DNA from: a virus
Lineage: Duplodnaviria; Caudoviricetes
Strand: one strand, 5' to 3'
Length of the DNA: 64,000 nt
IMG/VR virus record: IMGVR_UViG_3300031413_000603
Location: 12,150-76,149 of that record
Position numbers and translations under genes: made by a program. Below, piece after piece: positions 1-9,536 of the stretch. The notes under the pieces were generated by a model, which was not told the origin of the DNA, ran no database searches, and saw nothing but the letters and a program-made list of their open reading frames with translations. Position 1 is the first letter of the stretch. The number at the start of each line of letters is the position of its first letter.

Positions 1-44
1 GCTACATCCCCACAATGACGCATGCCGTCACTGTCGCGTTTTGA

Positions 45-78
45 GCGCAAATGAATAAGGCCAGCAAATGCTGGCCTT
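45..78 (-). promoter_or_regulatory. Late promoter element 1 (upstream of tail genes left of the window)
   Basis: GCGCAAATGAATAA followed by palindrome GGCCAGCA-AA-TGCTGGCC (59-76); near-identical copies at 5887-5918 and 13438-13467. Confidence 0.75.
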
Positions 79-106
79 AGAGGAATGTGGGAGGGAGGGC
101 CGGTGT

Positions 107-1114
107 TTAAACCTTGCGCCAGCGGTAGTACTTGCTGATGCCTTCGCCGGTCTTCGTAGAGTCCTGCATGATGGAGCCGGTGACCTTCATATTGATGAAG
201 CCCTTTTCCTGCAGCAGTGCCAAGGATGATGCCACACCTTGGCTTGCGCGCCAAATGTTGACCACGGCAGGTTTGCCCGAGTCAGCTTCATTGAGTCCTT
301 CAAAGATCAGTTCGAGCTCTTTGGGCTTGCTGGTCAGGGCTTCGATGACGGCGTAGTCGGCAAACTCGTAGTCGACCAGGATCTCGTCATCGTCCGCCAG
401 GCCAGTCGCGTTGGGCACGATGTAGATACCGGCTGGCCGCACTTCATAGTTGCCTGCCGCAGGCACCTCGGGCCCCGAGGCCTGGTAGGTGTAGCTGATG
501 TAGAGCGTGGAGTCATCGGCGACATCAGGAGCTGCAGCATCGATCTGCACACCTGCAGGGGTGACGGTGTAGTTGCCGGGTGCCGAGAGAGTCGTTGCCG
601 TGGCCACGCTGGCACCAATGCGCACCGTCACATTGCTGGCATTGAGGTGTGCCAGGGGCACCAAAGCTCCTTTGTCCACGTTCAGATGCTCCTCATCGAT
701 GACGGTCGCATTGGTGGGGCTGCCCATCTTCTTCTTGACAGTCACCTTGGATGGGGCCAAGTGCAATGTGGGGCACAGGCCACCACGGGTCACCTTGAAG
801 AGCTCGTCTTTAACTGCACCGGCATCCACGCCAGAGAAAGTACCCTGGCATGCACGAGCCAGGTTGAGAACATTCAAGTCGGCCAGGGTCATGTTGATTT
901 CCATGTCCGTGACGCGGCGCAGCTCGGCGTAGGTGCCGCCACCCATTTGGGTCATGTCAGGCTGCTTCTCGACATCTTCCTTGTGGGTCAGCTCCAGCGC
1001 CAGGACATTGCCCACGGGCAACGGGATCTGGGTGGAGCCGTATTCACGGGCATAGACTTTTCCCGCAAGTGCTGCGGGCGCAAAGGTCTTCTTGATGAGG
1101 TTTTGTGCAGACAT
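107..1114 (-). CDS. Major tail (tube) protein with inserted Ig-like repeats
   Basis: Follows neck genes; Siphoviridae tube-like N- and C-termini; duplicated AAGNY.V.PAG segments; ATG at 1114 with AAGGA RBS. Confidence 0.7.
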   Translation of the reverse strand: MSAQNLIKKTFAPAALAGKVYAREYGSTQIPLPVGNVLALELTHKEDVEKQPDMTQMGGGTYAELRRVTDMEINMTLADLNVLNLARACQGTFSGVDAGAVKDELFKVTRGGLCPTLHLAPSKVTVKKKMGSPTNATVIDEEHLNVDKGALVPLAHLNASNVTVRIGASVATATTLSAPGNYTVTPAGVQIDAAAPDVADDSTLYISYTYQASGPEVPAAGNYEVRPAGIYIVPNATGLADDDEILVDYEFADYAVIEALTSKPKELELIFEGLNEADSGKPAVVNIWRASQGVASSLALLQEKGFINMKVTGSIMQDSTKTGEGISKYYRWRKV

Positions 1115-1116
1115 GG

Positions 1117-1326
1117 TCAATCCTTTGGAGAGTTGCTGATAACACCCTGATCGCGGAGCCATCGGGCGGTTTCGGGATGCACGGAGATTTGAGCGCCCGC
1201 AGGTTTGCGTTCGCCCTGGTGTTCGTGTTCACGGACCAAGGTTACGGACACCATTGCTGGTGAGGTGGCGACCAGGCGTGATGGCTTTTTGGTGGTGTTG
1301 GCAGTAGTGCTGGCTTTGGTACTCAT
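1117..1326 (-). CDS. Small virion-associated protein
   Basis: 69 aa, tightly coupled between tail terminator and tail tube genes. Confidence 0.6.
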   Translation of the reverse strand: MSTKASTTANTTKKPSRLVATSPAMVSVTLVREHEHQGERKPAGAQISVHPETARWLRDQGVISNSPKD

Positions 1327-1838
1327 TCGGTTCTCCATTCCGCCCAGTTGCGGGTGCGTAGCTCCAGGAGAGCGCTGTGGCACAGTACGCCGCAAAACAA
1401 CACAGGGCCGGCGCTGGCCACCTGCACACCACGCTCCTGGGCAACGCTTGCCCCAAGCAAGTTGGGAAGGCCCAAGGTGGGGGTGACGCGCACGGCATCG
1501 CGCATGTGCTCCACCAGTTCATCAAACACCAGCTCGCTGCCGATATCGTCTTGAAACGCCAGGTAGCCCCGGATGTGCCAGGTGTGCTCATTGAGGACAC
1601 GACCGTTCTCGGTGAGCTCGGTGGTCTCGACGCGGCGCACATACCAGCCTCGAATGTGCGGGGCAGCACCAAAGGCATCGATGCCAGGGTCGGCTGCGGT
1701 ATAGACGTACAGGCCACGAAAGGTCTGCTCGCTGGAGGCCCAGCGCTCGCGGTGGTGGACGATGCCCACGCCAGGAACGGAGCGCAGTAGGGACACCAGG
1801 GCGTCACGGCTTTGGGCCAGGGTGCTGGGCATGGTCAT
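1323..1838 (-). CDS. Tail terminator/completion-like protein
   Basis: Synteny; ATGA overlaps with neighbouring genes. Confidence 0.6.
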   Translation of the reverse strand: MTMPSTLAQSRDALVSLLRSVPGVGIVHHRERWASSEQTFRGLYVYTAADPGIDAFGAAPHIRGWYVRRVETTELTENGRVLNEHTWHIRGYLAFQDDIGSELVFDELVEHMRDAVRVTPTLGLPNLLGASVAQERGVQVASAGPVLFCGVLCHSALLELRTRNWAEWRTE

Positions 1839-2338
1839 GGTGCGGCACCTCCGGCCAGCAGCTGGGCGATCTGGCCGGCAGCGGTTTCAAACATGGCCAC
1901 GATCTGACCTTCGGTGGCCAGGGCTGCCCGCTCGAGCGGGCGCTGGGGCTTGGTGCCACGCTTGGCAATCTTGCGCGCCACCAGGAACGCCACGCGCTTG
2001 ACCTCTTTGGGATCTCGGATGCCAAGCACTGCTCGTACCCAGGGCTCCATGGCAGCCACAGGCGGCATGTGGGGCTTGGTGCCCAGTTCAAGAAATACCG
2101 CAGTCGGCTGGCTGCTACTGACCACGCCCAGCACTCCCGCTGGGGTGGTGAACACATCCGTGATGAAGCTGCGTGCCGTGATGCCTGTCACCTTCGGTGT
2201 GTTCTCCTGGGTTTCGCGCTGCACCAGCAGGGTTGCCTGGTGCATGGTCGCTTCTAGGACTTTCTGTGTTTCCGCTGGCGCTTCACGGAGCCCACGGGCA
2301 TACGTGGTCAGGTCGCCGATGCTGATGGAGACATTCAT
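1835..2338 (-). CDS. HK97 gp10-like neck/tail-completion protein
   Basis: Motifs TPKVTG..ARS, LELGTKPH, IAKRGTKPQ typical of this family. Confidence 0.75.
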   Translation of the reverse strand: MNVSISIGDLTTYARGLREAPAETQKVLEATMHQATLLVQRETQENTPKVTGITARSFITDVFTTPAGVLGVVSSSQPTAVFLELGTKPHMPPVAAMEPWVRAVLGIRDPKEVKRVAFLVARKIAKRGTKPQRPLERAALATEGQIVAMFETAAGQIAQLLAGGAAP

Positions 2339-3018
2339 AGGAATGGTTCTCCCCGGCGAAACAGGCGTCTGCGACCAGGCCAACTGGCGACAGCAGCAGC
2401 TGGAGTCAAGGCGCTGCCATTCTCTGCCTGAGTCAAAGGATCGACCACACCGATGCCAGCGTAGTAGCCAGCGCGGTATTCCTTGGCACGACGTGCATAC
2501 ATGCTGGCCTTGCTTTCCGTGCGCGAGACATCGGCCCCAATGGCTGATTCACGCTCGGCAGAAAAGCGGGTGGCCAACTGCTGGCATAGCAGATGGGCGG
2601 CATATTGCGCGACGGGCCATCTGTGCAGCGCAGGGATCGTGTCGGTATCGCCCTCCAAGATATGCGGAAGACTGAACTTTACGCGAACCACAGCGCCCTC
2701 AGGCAGTGACCGGACCGACTCCAGGCCCCAGGTGCCAATCAGATCGCGATACGCATCCACAAAGAGGAGCGAGGCTGGATGCTGCCCCACGGGATACTCC
2801 GCACTGCGCACGATGGCCTCGTCGGCCCAGCCAGCAGGCACTGGCCCAAAAACACCATGCTGGAGCCACACAACATCTTCCGTGAGCGCCCGAGGCACGT
2901 CTGCCCCATAGCGCAGTGCCGCTTCCTCAATGGCGCGGCGCTGAACGTCGGGTGCAACGTTGGAGGCCTGGTCTGGGACCAGGTCCGTCACGAGTTGCTG
3001 AAAATCGGCAAATGCCAC
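2335..3018 (-). CDS. Head-tail connector-like protein
   Basis: First gene after capsid; GTG start at 3018 after AAGGA RBS. Confidence 0.6.
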   Translation of the reverse strand: MAFADFQQLVTDLVPDQASNVAPDVQRRAIEEAALRYGADVPRALTEDVVWLQHGVFGPVPAGWADEAIVRSAEYPVGQHPASLLFVDAYRDLIGTWGLESVRSLPEGAVVRVKFSLPHILEGDTDTIPALHRWPVAQYAAHLLCQQLATRFSAERESAIGADVSRTESKASMYARRAKEYRAGYYAGIGVVDPLTQAENGSALTPAAAVASWPGRRRLFRRGEPFL

Positions 3019-3074
3019 TGTCGATCCTTTAAAGGCTGCTGGGTTTGTGAAGGTTCCGCAGGCTGCAGCCCCTT

Positions 3075-3100
3075 TACAAACCCACCCCTTACGGGGTGGG
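3075..3100 (-). terminator. Intrinsic terminator after the capsid gene
   Basis: CCCACCCC-GTAA-GGGGTGGG stem followed by TTTGT on the minus strand. Confidence 0.6.
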
Positions 3101-3173
3101 CCGGGTTCATTCACAAAGGAGAACCACTCCCTAGGCGCTGTGCGGCGCCTCGCTCTCCGCTGGGTGTGTCAGG

Positions 3174-5558
3174 TCAGGCAACCACCGATTTGCCGAATGC
3201 GCGGAAGTCCGTCACTGCGCCGCCGTAGATGTGGCGCAGCTTGTAGGTCAACTTGTCGGCGGTGAACATCGAGCCCACGGTGGGCGAGTCCTGCACGAAC
3301 AGCTCGGGCTCTTCCTTGCCGTTCAAGAAACCCATCTCGATGCCGGGAATGTCGGCAGGGTCGGCAGCGGTGCACCAGTCGTTCGCGTCCGTCCAGTACC
3401 ACACAGGAATGATGTTCATGGTCAGCGACTGCATGAACGTCTTTTCGTTGTTGGTGGCCAGCTTGAACAGATCGACTGCTGCTTCCTGCAGGTCCACTGG
3501 CACGATCATGCGCGTGGGCGTAATGCCAATGCGATCATTGCTGGACAGCTCGGTTTGCTTGAGCATGGCCAGGCGGTGGGCAGCGAGCGAGGTCTTGTCC
3601 AGGGCCGTCGTAAACAGGTTGTTATGGTCAGCGTGGAACAAGGCCTTGCCGTCGTAGATCACGGCGTTGGAGCGCAGGAAGTCGAAGGCGAACTTCGCCA
3701 GCGTGCGCTTAGCTGCGCGCGAGAGCTTGGTCGGGATGCGACGAATCACGCCCACGTCATCGTTGGTGATCATCTCCAGCGTCACGTCCTCGGTGCCGCC
3801 GCGCTTGGTGACACCATAGGTGGCCTCCTCGTCCGTAGGGCTGGTCAGAGGCAGGTAATCAGCACCTTCGGCCACCGCAGGCAAGTCACCATAGCCGCCC
3901 CAGCGCGTGCGATGCTGCATGCGGAAGTCGCTCACAGGCACCACGTTGACGATCTGACGCCAGCCATCGAAGTCCACGGCTGCACGATACTCGGAGAGCA
4001 TGCGGCGCGCCACGGCATCGCCCAGCACTTCGCTCAGCGAAGATGAGCCCAGAGATTCAACCAGGCGCGACTGATCGCATTCACGCAGGCGGCCGGTGAC
4101 GCGGCGGTCCCCCGTCATCTCGATGTAGCATTCCTTGAAGGATTGCACGCTGCCGTGGCTCTTGTGGGCAGGGTCAAAGAATGCGTCGAGCATGTCGCGC
4201 ATGTTGAGGCTGCGGTCACCCACTTCGATGGAGCCCTCGCCGAACATCGGAACGCGCACAGCACCGGATTCGGTCAGGCGGGCCACATACTCGCCCTCGG
4301 CTTTGATCATGTCGCCCACCGCTGCTTCTGTGAGGCGGTTGGCCGCTGCCAATGCAATCTGCGTCTGCAGGCGGTCCTTGGACGCTTGAGGCAGCTTGGC
4401 GGCATTGACGCGGTCACGGGCCGCATTGCGCTGCTCGAAGACCTGCAGATCTGCACGAGTCAGAGGCGTGTTGTCACCCTGCGCCTCGGTCACGCGTTGC
4501 ACGCCTGGCGAAGCAGCAGAATCAGGCACCAGCGAGCCGCACACGGCTTCGTAGAGGGTTGTCACTTCGTCGTCCGAGACGGTGTCCACCTGAATGGTGG
4601 CGTGTTTGGCTGGGTCTTTAGCCTTGATGGCTTCCAGCATGCGTTGCTTCCACAGAGGCATGGCGCTTCCTTCTTGGGTAGTTGAGATATCGGCGGCGGC
4701 TTCGGTCAAACGATCCAGGCCGCCACCAGCGCCTGGCTCGACAATCAGGTCCACCGAATGCACCTTCACAAAGCGCACTGCTTCGCGCAACTGCTCGGTA
4801 CCCACCTTGCGCTTCTTGGTGCGTGCGCTGGCATCGATGGACAGCCCTAGCAATCCCTGCATGCCTCGCTTGACTGCTTCCACCATCTTTTTGACAGTGG
4901 AATCGGTGGGGTCGATGGGTTTGAAGGTGCCAACGAGCGAGCCGGTATCGGGCGTCTTGCCTTCGACAAACCGCACGTCGTAGATACCGCCGATGAGGTT
5001 GTGGACGTCCTTTCCTTTGCCGGCCAGGTGGTCGGCGTCAGATTTGGAGAACACTCGCACGCCCTCGAACATCGGGACTGCTTCGCGCAATGGCGCATCG
5101 GGGTAGTAGTTGAGGTTGCCGCTGCGCCCGCCCCGGATGAGGGTTACCTCGATAGAGCCGTCTTGGGCCTCGCGGAAAGCCACGTCCAGCGATTCGCGCA
5201 GCACGGTCTTGTCGGCGGGAACGGTGGGCACATACGTTTCCACCACTTCCACAGGCGCAGTCAGGGTGACCTGGTCGCCCGAGGGCGTTGCGGCCACGGT
5301 GTAGCCGTACTGGTACTTGCGACCGCCCAGCTCCACAATGGCGCGGTCAGCGTAAATGGCTGTCAGGGACACCCAGCGGTCATTGGCAGACTTGGTTGGA
5401 TAGATGGCAGCGCCAACGGCGGCACGCACCAGGTCGATCAGCTGCCGAAAATCGCGCTCAGGAGACGCCGCAGCTTCGCGCATGGCCGATTCGACGGCAC
5501 CAGGCGTCTGCAGGCCGCCGCATGCGGCCAGCGCTGCAAGGATTTGAGCTAACGTCAT
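3174..5558 (-). CDS. Prohead protease-scaffold-major capsid fusion protein
   Basis: 794 aa; protease-like region (VTLIRGGRSGNLNYYP, VHSVDLIVEPGAGG), helical scaffold, C-terminal HK97-fold capsid region resembling Mu gpT and ClpP-fused capsids. Confidence 0.85.
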   Translation of the reverse strand: MTLAQILAALAACGGLQTPGAVESAMREAAASPERDFRQLIDLVRAAVGAAIYPTKSANDRWVSLTAIYADRAIVELGGRKYQYGYTVAATPSGDQVTLTAPVEVVETYVPTVPADKTVLRESLDVAFREAQDGSIEVTLIRGGRSGNLNYYPDAPLREAVPMFEGVRVFSKSDADHLAGKGKDVHNLIGGIYDVRFVEGKTPDTGSLVGTFKPIDPTDSTVKKMVEAVKRGMQGLLGLSIDASARTKKRKVGTEQLREAVRFVKVHSVDLIVEPGAGGGLDRLTEAAADISTTQEGSAMPLWKQRMLEAIKAKDPAKHATIQVDTVSDDEVTTLYEAVCGSLVPDSAASPGVQRVTEAQGDNTPLTRADLQVFEQRNAARDRVNAAKLPQASKDRLQTQIALAAANRLTEAAVGDMIKAEGEYVARLTESGAVRVPMFGEGSIEVGDRSLNMRDMLDAFFDPAHKSHGSVQSFKECYIEMTGDRRVTGRLRECDQSRLVESLGSSSLSEVLGDAVARRMLSEYRAAVDFDGWRQIVNVVPVSDFRMQHRTRWGGYGDLPAVAEGADYLPLTSPTDEEATYGVTKRGGTEDVTLEMITNDDVGVIRRIPTKLSRAAKRTLAKFAFDFLRSNAVIYDGKALFHADHNNLFTTALDKTSLAAHRLAMLKQTELSSNDRIGITPTRMIVPVDLQEAAVDLFKLATNNEKTFMQSLTMNIIPVWYWTDANDWCTAADPADIPGIEMGFLNGKEEPELFVQDSPTVGSMFTADKLTYKLRHIYGGAVTDFRAFGKSVVA

Positions 5559-5565
5559 AGCAGCG

Positions 5566-5823
5566 TTACTCTGCCTTGATGGCGCCGGTCAGCTTCTGGC
5601 CATCCTTGGTCACCACCACGACATAGTCGCCGTAGTCCTTGAAAGACAGCACCTCCGCTTCGGTGACAGGCACCTGCTTGGAACGGGCCACCTTGGCGGG
5701 CTTATCGTCTTTGCCTTTGCCGTCGACCAGCTCGGTGACGGTGCGCATGACGCATTTGGCCGCCTGCGCAGCGCTCAGCTGCCGGGCGAGTTGATTGGAT
5801 TTGGGGTCTTTGTCGTCTGCCAC
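5566..5823 (-). CDS. Small head-operon protein
   Basis: 85 aa, GTG start, directly downstream of late promoter element 2. Confidence 0.65.
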   Translation of the reverse strand: MADDKDPKSNQLARQLSAAQAAKCVMRTVTELVDGKGKDDKPAKVARSKQVPVTEAEVLSFKDYGDYVVVVTKDGQKLTGAIKAE

Positions 5824-5886
5824 TGGTCACTCCATCTGTTGAGGAACATCACGCGGATTTGTGATGGAGTGACTGTGCCTGGCGAG

Positions 5887-5918
5887 GCGCAAATGAATAA
5901 GGCCAGCATGTGCTGGCC
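5887..5918 (-). promoter_or_regulatory. Late promoter element 2 (head operon, analogous to Mu PI)
   Basis: GCGCAAATGAATAA plus GGCCAGCA-TG-TGCTGGCC (5901-5918). Confidence 0.75.
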
Positions 5919-5966
5919 CTTGAAGCGATTCATTCTGTCAGCTAACGAGTATCAACTGACCGAACT

Positions 5967-6743
5967 TTAGGCCTGGTTTTTCTTGTTAATTTGAGCGCTA
6001 AGCCACAGTATGTATTTCCTCAATCCTGAAGCAAACAACGGAGTTTTCAAAGCTTTGTAATCTATTTCATCCAAAGGATCTGAAACTTCGTCGGGCCAAT
6101 AACTGAAGTGATGGATGACAAGAGCTGAGTTAGCAGCAATTCCCTCTTCATGTTTTTGCAAATCGTGGTTGAAGTGAGTGAAAAAGAACTCAGACTTCAG
6201 CTTCGGTGAGTTGAGCGCCAAATGGAATTTTTGCCTCCAGTATTCCTCGTGCTCCTCCAGAATAATTTTAAGTTCTGATCCCACTATCAAATTGCCAATT
6301 TTTTGCGCGCGAGCCAGATGCCGAGCGCAAGTTAGCCAGCTCAACCTATCGTCTTTGGGATGTGGTGGAACATCGCTTATCCATACACTGTATGCCCACT
6401 CATACGACTTAATAGCTTGCTCTAGGTACTTTTCATCTCGTATCCATTGACGTTCATTTGCATAGGCTCTTCGAGTAAGGTCAGTACCAAGAGCGACAGC
6501 TGCTAGTGCAAGCGCGGCAAACAATGCATTCACACCTCCAAACAAGTCACCAAGCTGGCCGAGTTTTTCTAAATTGCAGTTGGCACAAGCGTAGTTGAGA
6601 AATAGCTGTGCTCCAATGCTCCCCCAAAAGAGCCAGAGTAGTGGTAGCGCGAGTACGATAGACCCGGCGATCACCACATAGCGATGCTTCTTCCAAAAAA
6701 CTCCTATCTTTTGCCTCTGTGCTTCGCATTCATCCATGTCCAA
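5967..6743 (-). CDS. AT-rich membrane-anchored moron, possible Abi or exclusion protein
   Basis: 258 aa; N-terminal TM helix; GQLGDLFGGVNALF motif as in putative AbiC-type N-termini; visibly lower GC than flanks. Confidence 0.7.
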   Translation of the reverse strand: MDMDECEAQRQKIGVFWKKHRYVVIAGSIVLALPLLWLFWGSIGAQLFLNYACANCNLEKLGQLGDLFGGVNALFAALALAAVALGTDLTRRAYANERQWIRDEKYLEQAIKSYEWAYSVWISDVPPHPKDDRLSWLTCARHLARAQKIGNLIVGSELKIILEEHEEYWRQKFHLALNSPKLKSEFFFTHFNHDLQKHEEGIAANSALVIHHFSYWPDEVSDPLDEIDYKALKTPLFASGLRKYILWLSAQINKKNQA

Positions 6744-6873
6744 ACCTGATTAGCGTTATTGAAAGGTTGCAACTCTACCTTTAAACATGGTTTAAATCGA
6801 CCGCCAAGGCATCTCTCTCGCATTTTTCATGGGGTAGCCGCAGCAGATGGCCTTAAAGGCTCCTAGCCGCTAT

Positions 6874-7818
6874 TCACTCCTGCCGCTGCCCAACCCGCTT
6901 TGCTGCCTGGTCAAGAGCGGCTTTCTTCCCATCCTGCTGTAGCTCAAGCTTGGTGAACGGCTTTGCACCAGGTGTGGTCATGCTCCACTCCTTCATCCAG
7001 GGAAGAGAGATACAGCCGCAATGAATGACCTGCTCGATGGGCGCACGGGGGTCATGCGGACACTGCATCAGATCAACCCCACCGCCAGGGTTTGGTACCT
7101 TAAACGGTTCTTTGGCACCCACTACCTGGCCATCAATGAGGTCATGGTTCCATCGACTGTGCGTCTTCCCGCTGCGACGCCATTGTTTGCCAATGCCAGG
7201 CACTAGTTCCTGGGCTTGCGCGAGGCGCTCATTAGATGCCAGAGCAAACGCGCGGCTTACCTCGGTGCGCACGATGGCCGCTGCTCGCTGGGGCGCATCG
7301 TTGCCAAGAATCTTCTGCACCTTCTTGATGGCGTCAAACGGTGACTTGCCGCCAATGGTGACCAGGCCGAGCTCGGTGCCGATCTTGCGCAGGGACTCGG
7401 TCCCAACGTCCCGCAGGCGCAGTGTTCCGAATGCACGCATTTGTTTGAGCACGGTGGCATCGAGCTGAGACAGCTGCAGCTCTACCCTGTGTCCGATGAT
7501 GGCCAGGGGCTTGTCCACAAATTCCTCGCCCAGGCTCCAGGCATCCTGCAGGCGTAAGCCGAACACGGTGCCGGCCTGGCCAGTCGCGCCCGTCAGCACA
7601 TCATCGATCTGCCCCAGCAGGCGAGACAGCTGCCACAGCTTCCAATCCGATGGCTGGCTGGCCAGAGTGGCCTGGATCTGGGTGCGGGCTTCCACCAGTG
7701 TTCGGAGCACCTCGGCTTCACTCGATAGCAGCAACCTGGCGCGCTCGCGCAAGCGAAGCGAGAGCTCAGCTTCAAATGCGCGGCGCTTCTTATCCGCTGG
7801 ATCAGGCTTGGTTGCCAT
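6874..7818 (-). CDS. Minor head protein (MuF/gp30-like)
   Basis: IVRTEVSRA, KQWRRSGK..SRWNHDLIDGQ, PHDP.....VIHCGC motifs. Confidence 0.85.
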   Translation of the reverse strand: MATKPDPADKKRRAFEAELSLRLRERARLLLSSEAEVLRTLVEARTQIQATLASQPSDWKLWQLSRLLGQIDDVLTGATGQAGTVFGLRLQDAWSLGEEFVDKPLAIIGHRVELQLSQLDATVLKQMRAFGTLRLRDVGTESLRKIGTELGLVTIGGKSPFDAIKKVQKILGNDAPQRAAAIVRTEVSRAFALASNERLAQAQELVPGIGKQWRRSGKTHSRWNHDLIDGQVVGAKEPFKVPNPGGGVDLMQCPHDPRAPIEQVIHCGCISLPWMKEWSMTTPGAKPFTKLELQQDGKKAALDQAAKRVGQRQE

Positions 7819-9352
7819 TTACCAGCTCGCTATCTGCATTGCCCTTGTCTTTGGCCTTGGCCGCAGCTTCATTTTTGGCTGCATTCAGGTCGCCGGGCAG
7901 GTTGGTGAACACGTCGCTGGCCGCTTTCTCTTTGGCACGCGTCTGGGCTTCCTGACGTGCAGCTTCCAGCTCAGTCTTGGCATCAAAGTCTTGGCCGAAG
8001 CGCTGGGCCACATCAGCAACGATCTTCAACGCAGTCTCTTCGGTCATCAGGCCTGCATCGATCAGCTGAATCACCGCTGTCACCACAGTCTGCATCGCGC
8101 TGGCAAACTTGGTGAGATCACGGTTGAGTAGCTCTGGGAATACGGCGGTGACCTGCCATTCATCCTCGGACCAATCTGGCGTTACACCTCTGGTACGGGC
8201 ATTGCACAGCAGAAGATAGCGGCCGATCTCTTCAAGCATCAGCTTCAGGAACGACTGCCGGCTGCTGTACATCTTGAAGGTGGGCTCACCCATCTCAGAA
8301 GCCGCTGCGCGGTTCACGTCACCCCCACCCCCAAACCAGTGCTCGGGCATGGTGCTGCCGCCTAGAACCTGATTGCGCAATAGGCGTGCGCTCTGGCTAG
8401 TGTCTGCCGATTGCAGCTCTGGTGCCATGGGTTTGAGCTCGACCTGGTCGTTATGCACAAAGGTGCTGTTGGGGCCAGGTGGCACAAACGTCTTCTCATA
8501 CTTGGCGACGGTCGCTTCATCAGCGCCCTTGAGGGTGACGTCCCAGACGAACGAGCGAAGATAGCCGATGCGGTCGATCTCACCAAACAGAAATTCGTCG
8601 TAGGCATCGAGCCAATCCATCTGACCCAGAAGATCGGACCGGCCACGGCTCCCATTGGGAAACTTGTTGAGCTGGTACAGCACGCAGTCGCCATCCGTGA
8701 ACGACTCGGCCCGGATGCGCGTGGTGTTAGCGCTGAACAGTTCTTGATCCTCTCCAAGGACGATGACGCGGTATTTGAACTGGCGTCCACGGCTATCACG
8801 CTTGGTGATCACGCCAATGGGCTGCTCTGGGTTGTCCGGGTCGTTGACCACGGTGGCGATCTGGCGCGGGTCCAAGTAGCCAAAGCGCACAAAGCCGTCA
8901 CCCTCACGCACATTAGCGATATAGCACTGCTCACCCATGAGACCCAGAGCACGCACTCGAGGCTGCAGCTTGAGCGGCCAGTTGTTGATGGGGTCAGACC
9001 AGAACGAATTGAGCAGCTTCTGGTGCTCTTCATTCTTGCATTGCAGGGTAACTCCCTCGGCCAGCAGATAGGCCAGTGGCAGCTCCACCAGGCGGTTGGC
9101 CAGGAGGTTGCTCTGCCACAGGTGTTCGGCCAGCTTCTGCATGCGGTCCTGGGCCATGGGCGCCAGGTCGCGCTCATTGATAGAGTCCAGGCCGTTGCCA
9201 GTCACCCGGCGCCAACCGGCTTCACCATCGCCCTGGGCGCTTGCGGCTTCCCGCATTGGTGCCGATGCTGGGCTTACGGGTGTGGTCGGTGCATCTGAGA
9301 GAGCTGAAGTACCAAGGCCTAGCGCGGCCTTAAATGTGTTGAACCATCGCAT
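7802..9352 (-). CDS. Portal protein
   Basis: 516 aa between terminase and MuF-like gene; RGRSDL and DVNRA motifs. Confidence 0.85.
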   Translation of the reverse strand: MRWFNTFKAALGLGTSALSDAPTTPVSPASAPMREAASAQGDGEAGWRRVTGNGLDSINERDLAPMAQDRMQKLAEHLWQSNLLANRLVELPLAYLLAEGVTLQCKNEEHQKLLNSFWSDPINNWPLKLQPRVRALGLMGEQCYIANVREGDGFVRFGYLDPRQIATVVNDPDNPEQPIGVITKRDSRGRQFKYRVIVLGEDQELFSANTTRIRAESFTDGDCVLYQLNKFPNGSRGRSDLLGQMDWLDAYDEFLFGEIDRIGYLRSFVWDVTLKGADEATVAKYEKTFVPPGPNSTFVHNDQVELKPMAPELQSADTSQSARLLRNQVLGGSTMPEHWFGGGGDVNRAAASEMGEPTFKMYSSRQSFLKLMLEEIGRYLLLCNARTRGVTPDWSEDEWQVTAVFPELLNRDLTKFASAMQTVVTAVIQLIDAGLMTEETALKIVADVAQRFGQDFDAKTELEAARQEAQTRAKEKAASDVFTNLPGDLNAAKNEAAAKAKDKGNADSELVNGNQA

Positions 9353-9355
9353 GGC

Positions 9356-9535
9356 TTAGCCCTCCATCTGCAGCTCGGCGCCCACCAGGGCGAATGCCAT
9401 GCGACCGTGGTCGTTGTGGACAGCGACGACCTCGCGCAGCTTGGCTGCTGCGAGCTCAACGCCATCACGGTCAGCAGGCGGCAGATCGGCAATGGCGCCT
9501 TTGATCAGCAGGAGGGTAGCTTGTTCTTCAGTCAT
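9356..9535 (-). CDS. Small hypothetical protein
   Basis: 59 aa (MTEEQATLLLIKGAIADL...), starts 2 bp after terminase stop with GAGG RBS. Confidence 0.6.
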   Translation of the reverse strand: MTEEQATLLLIKGAIADLPPADRDGVELAAAKLREVVAVHNDHGRMAFALVGAELQMEG

Positions 9536-9536
9536 T

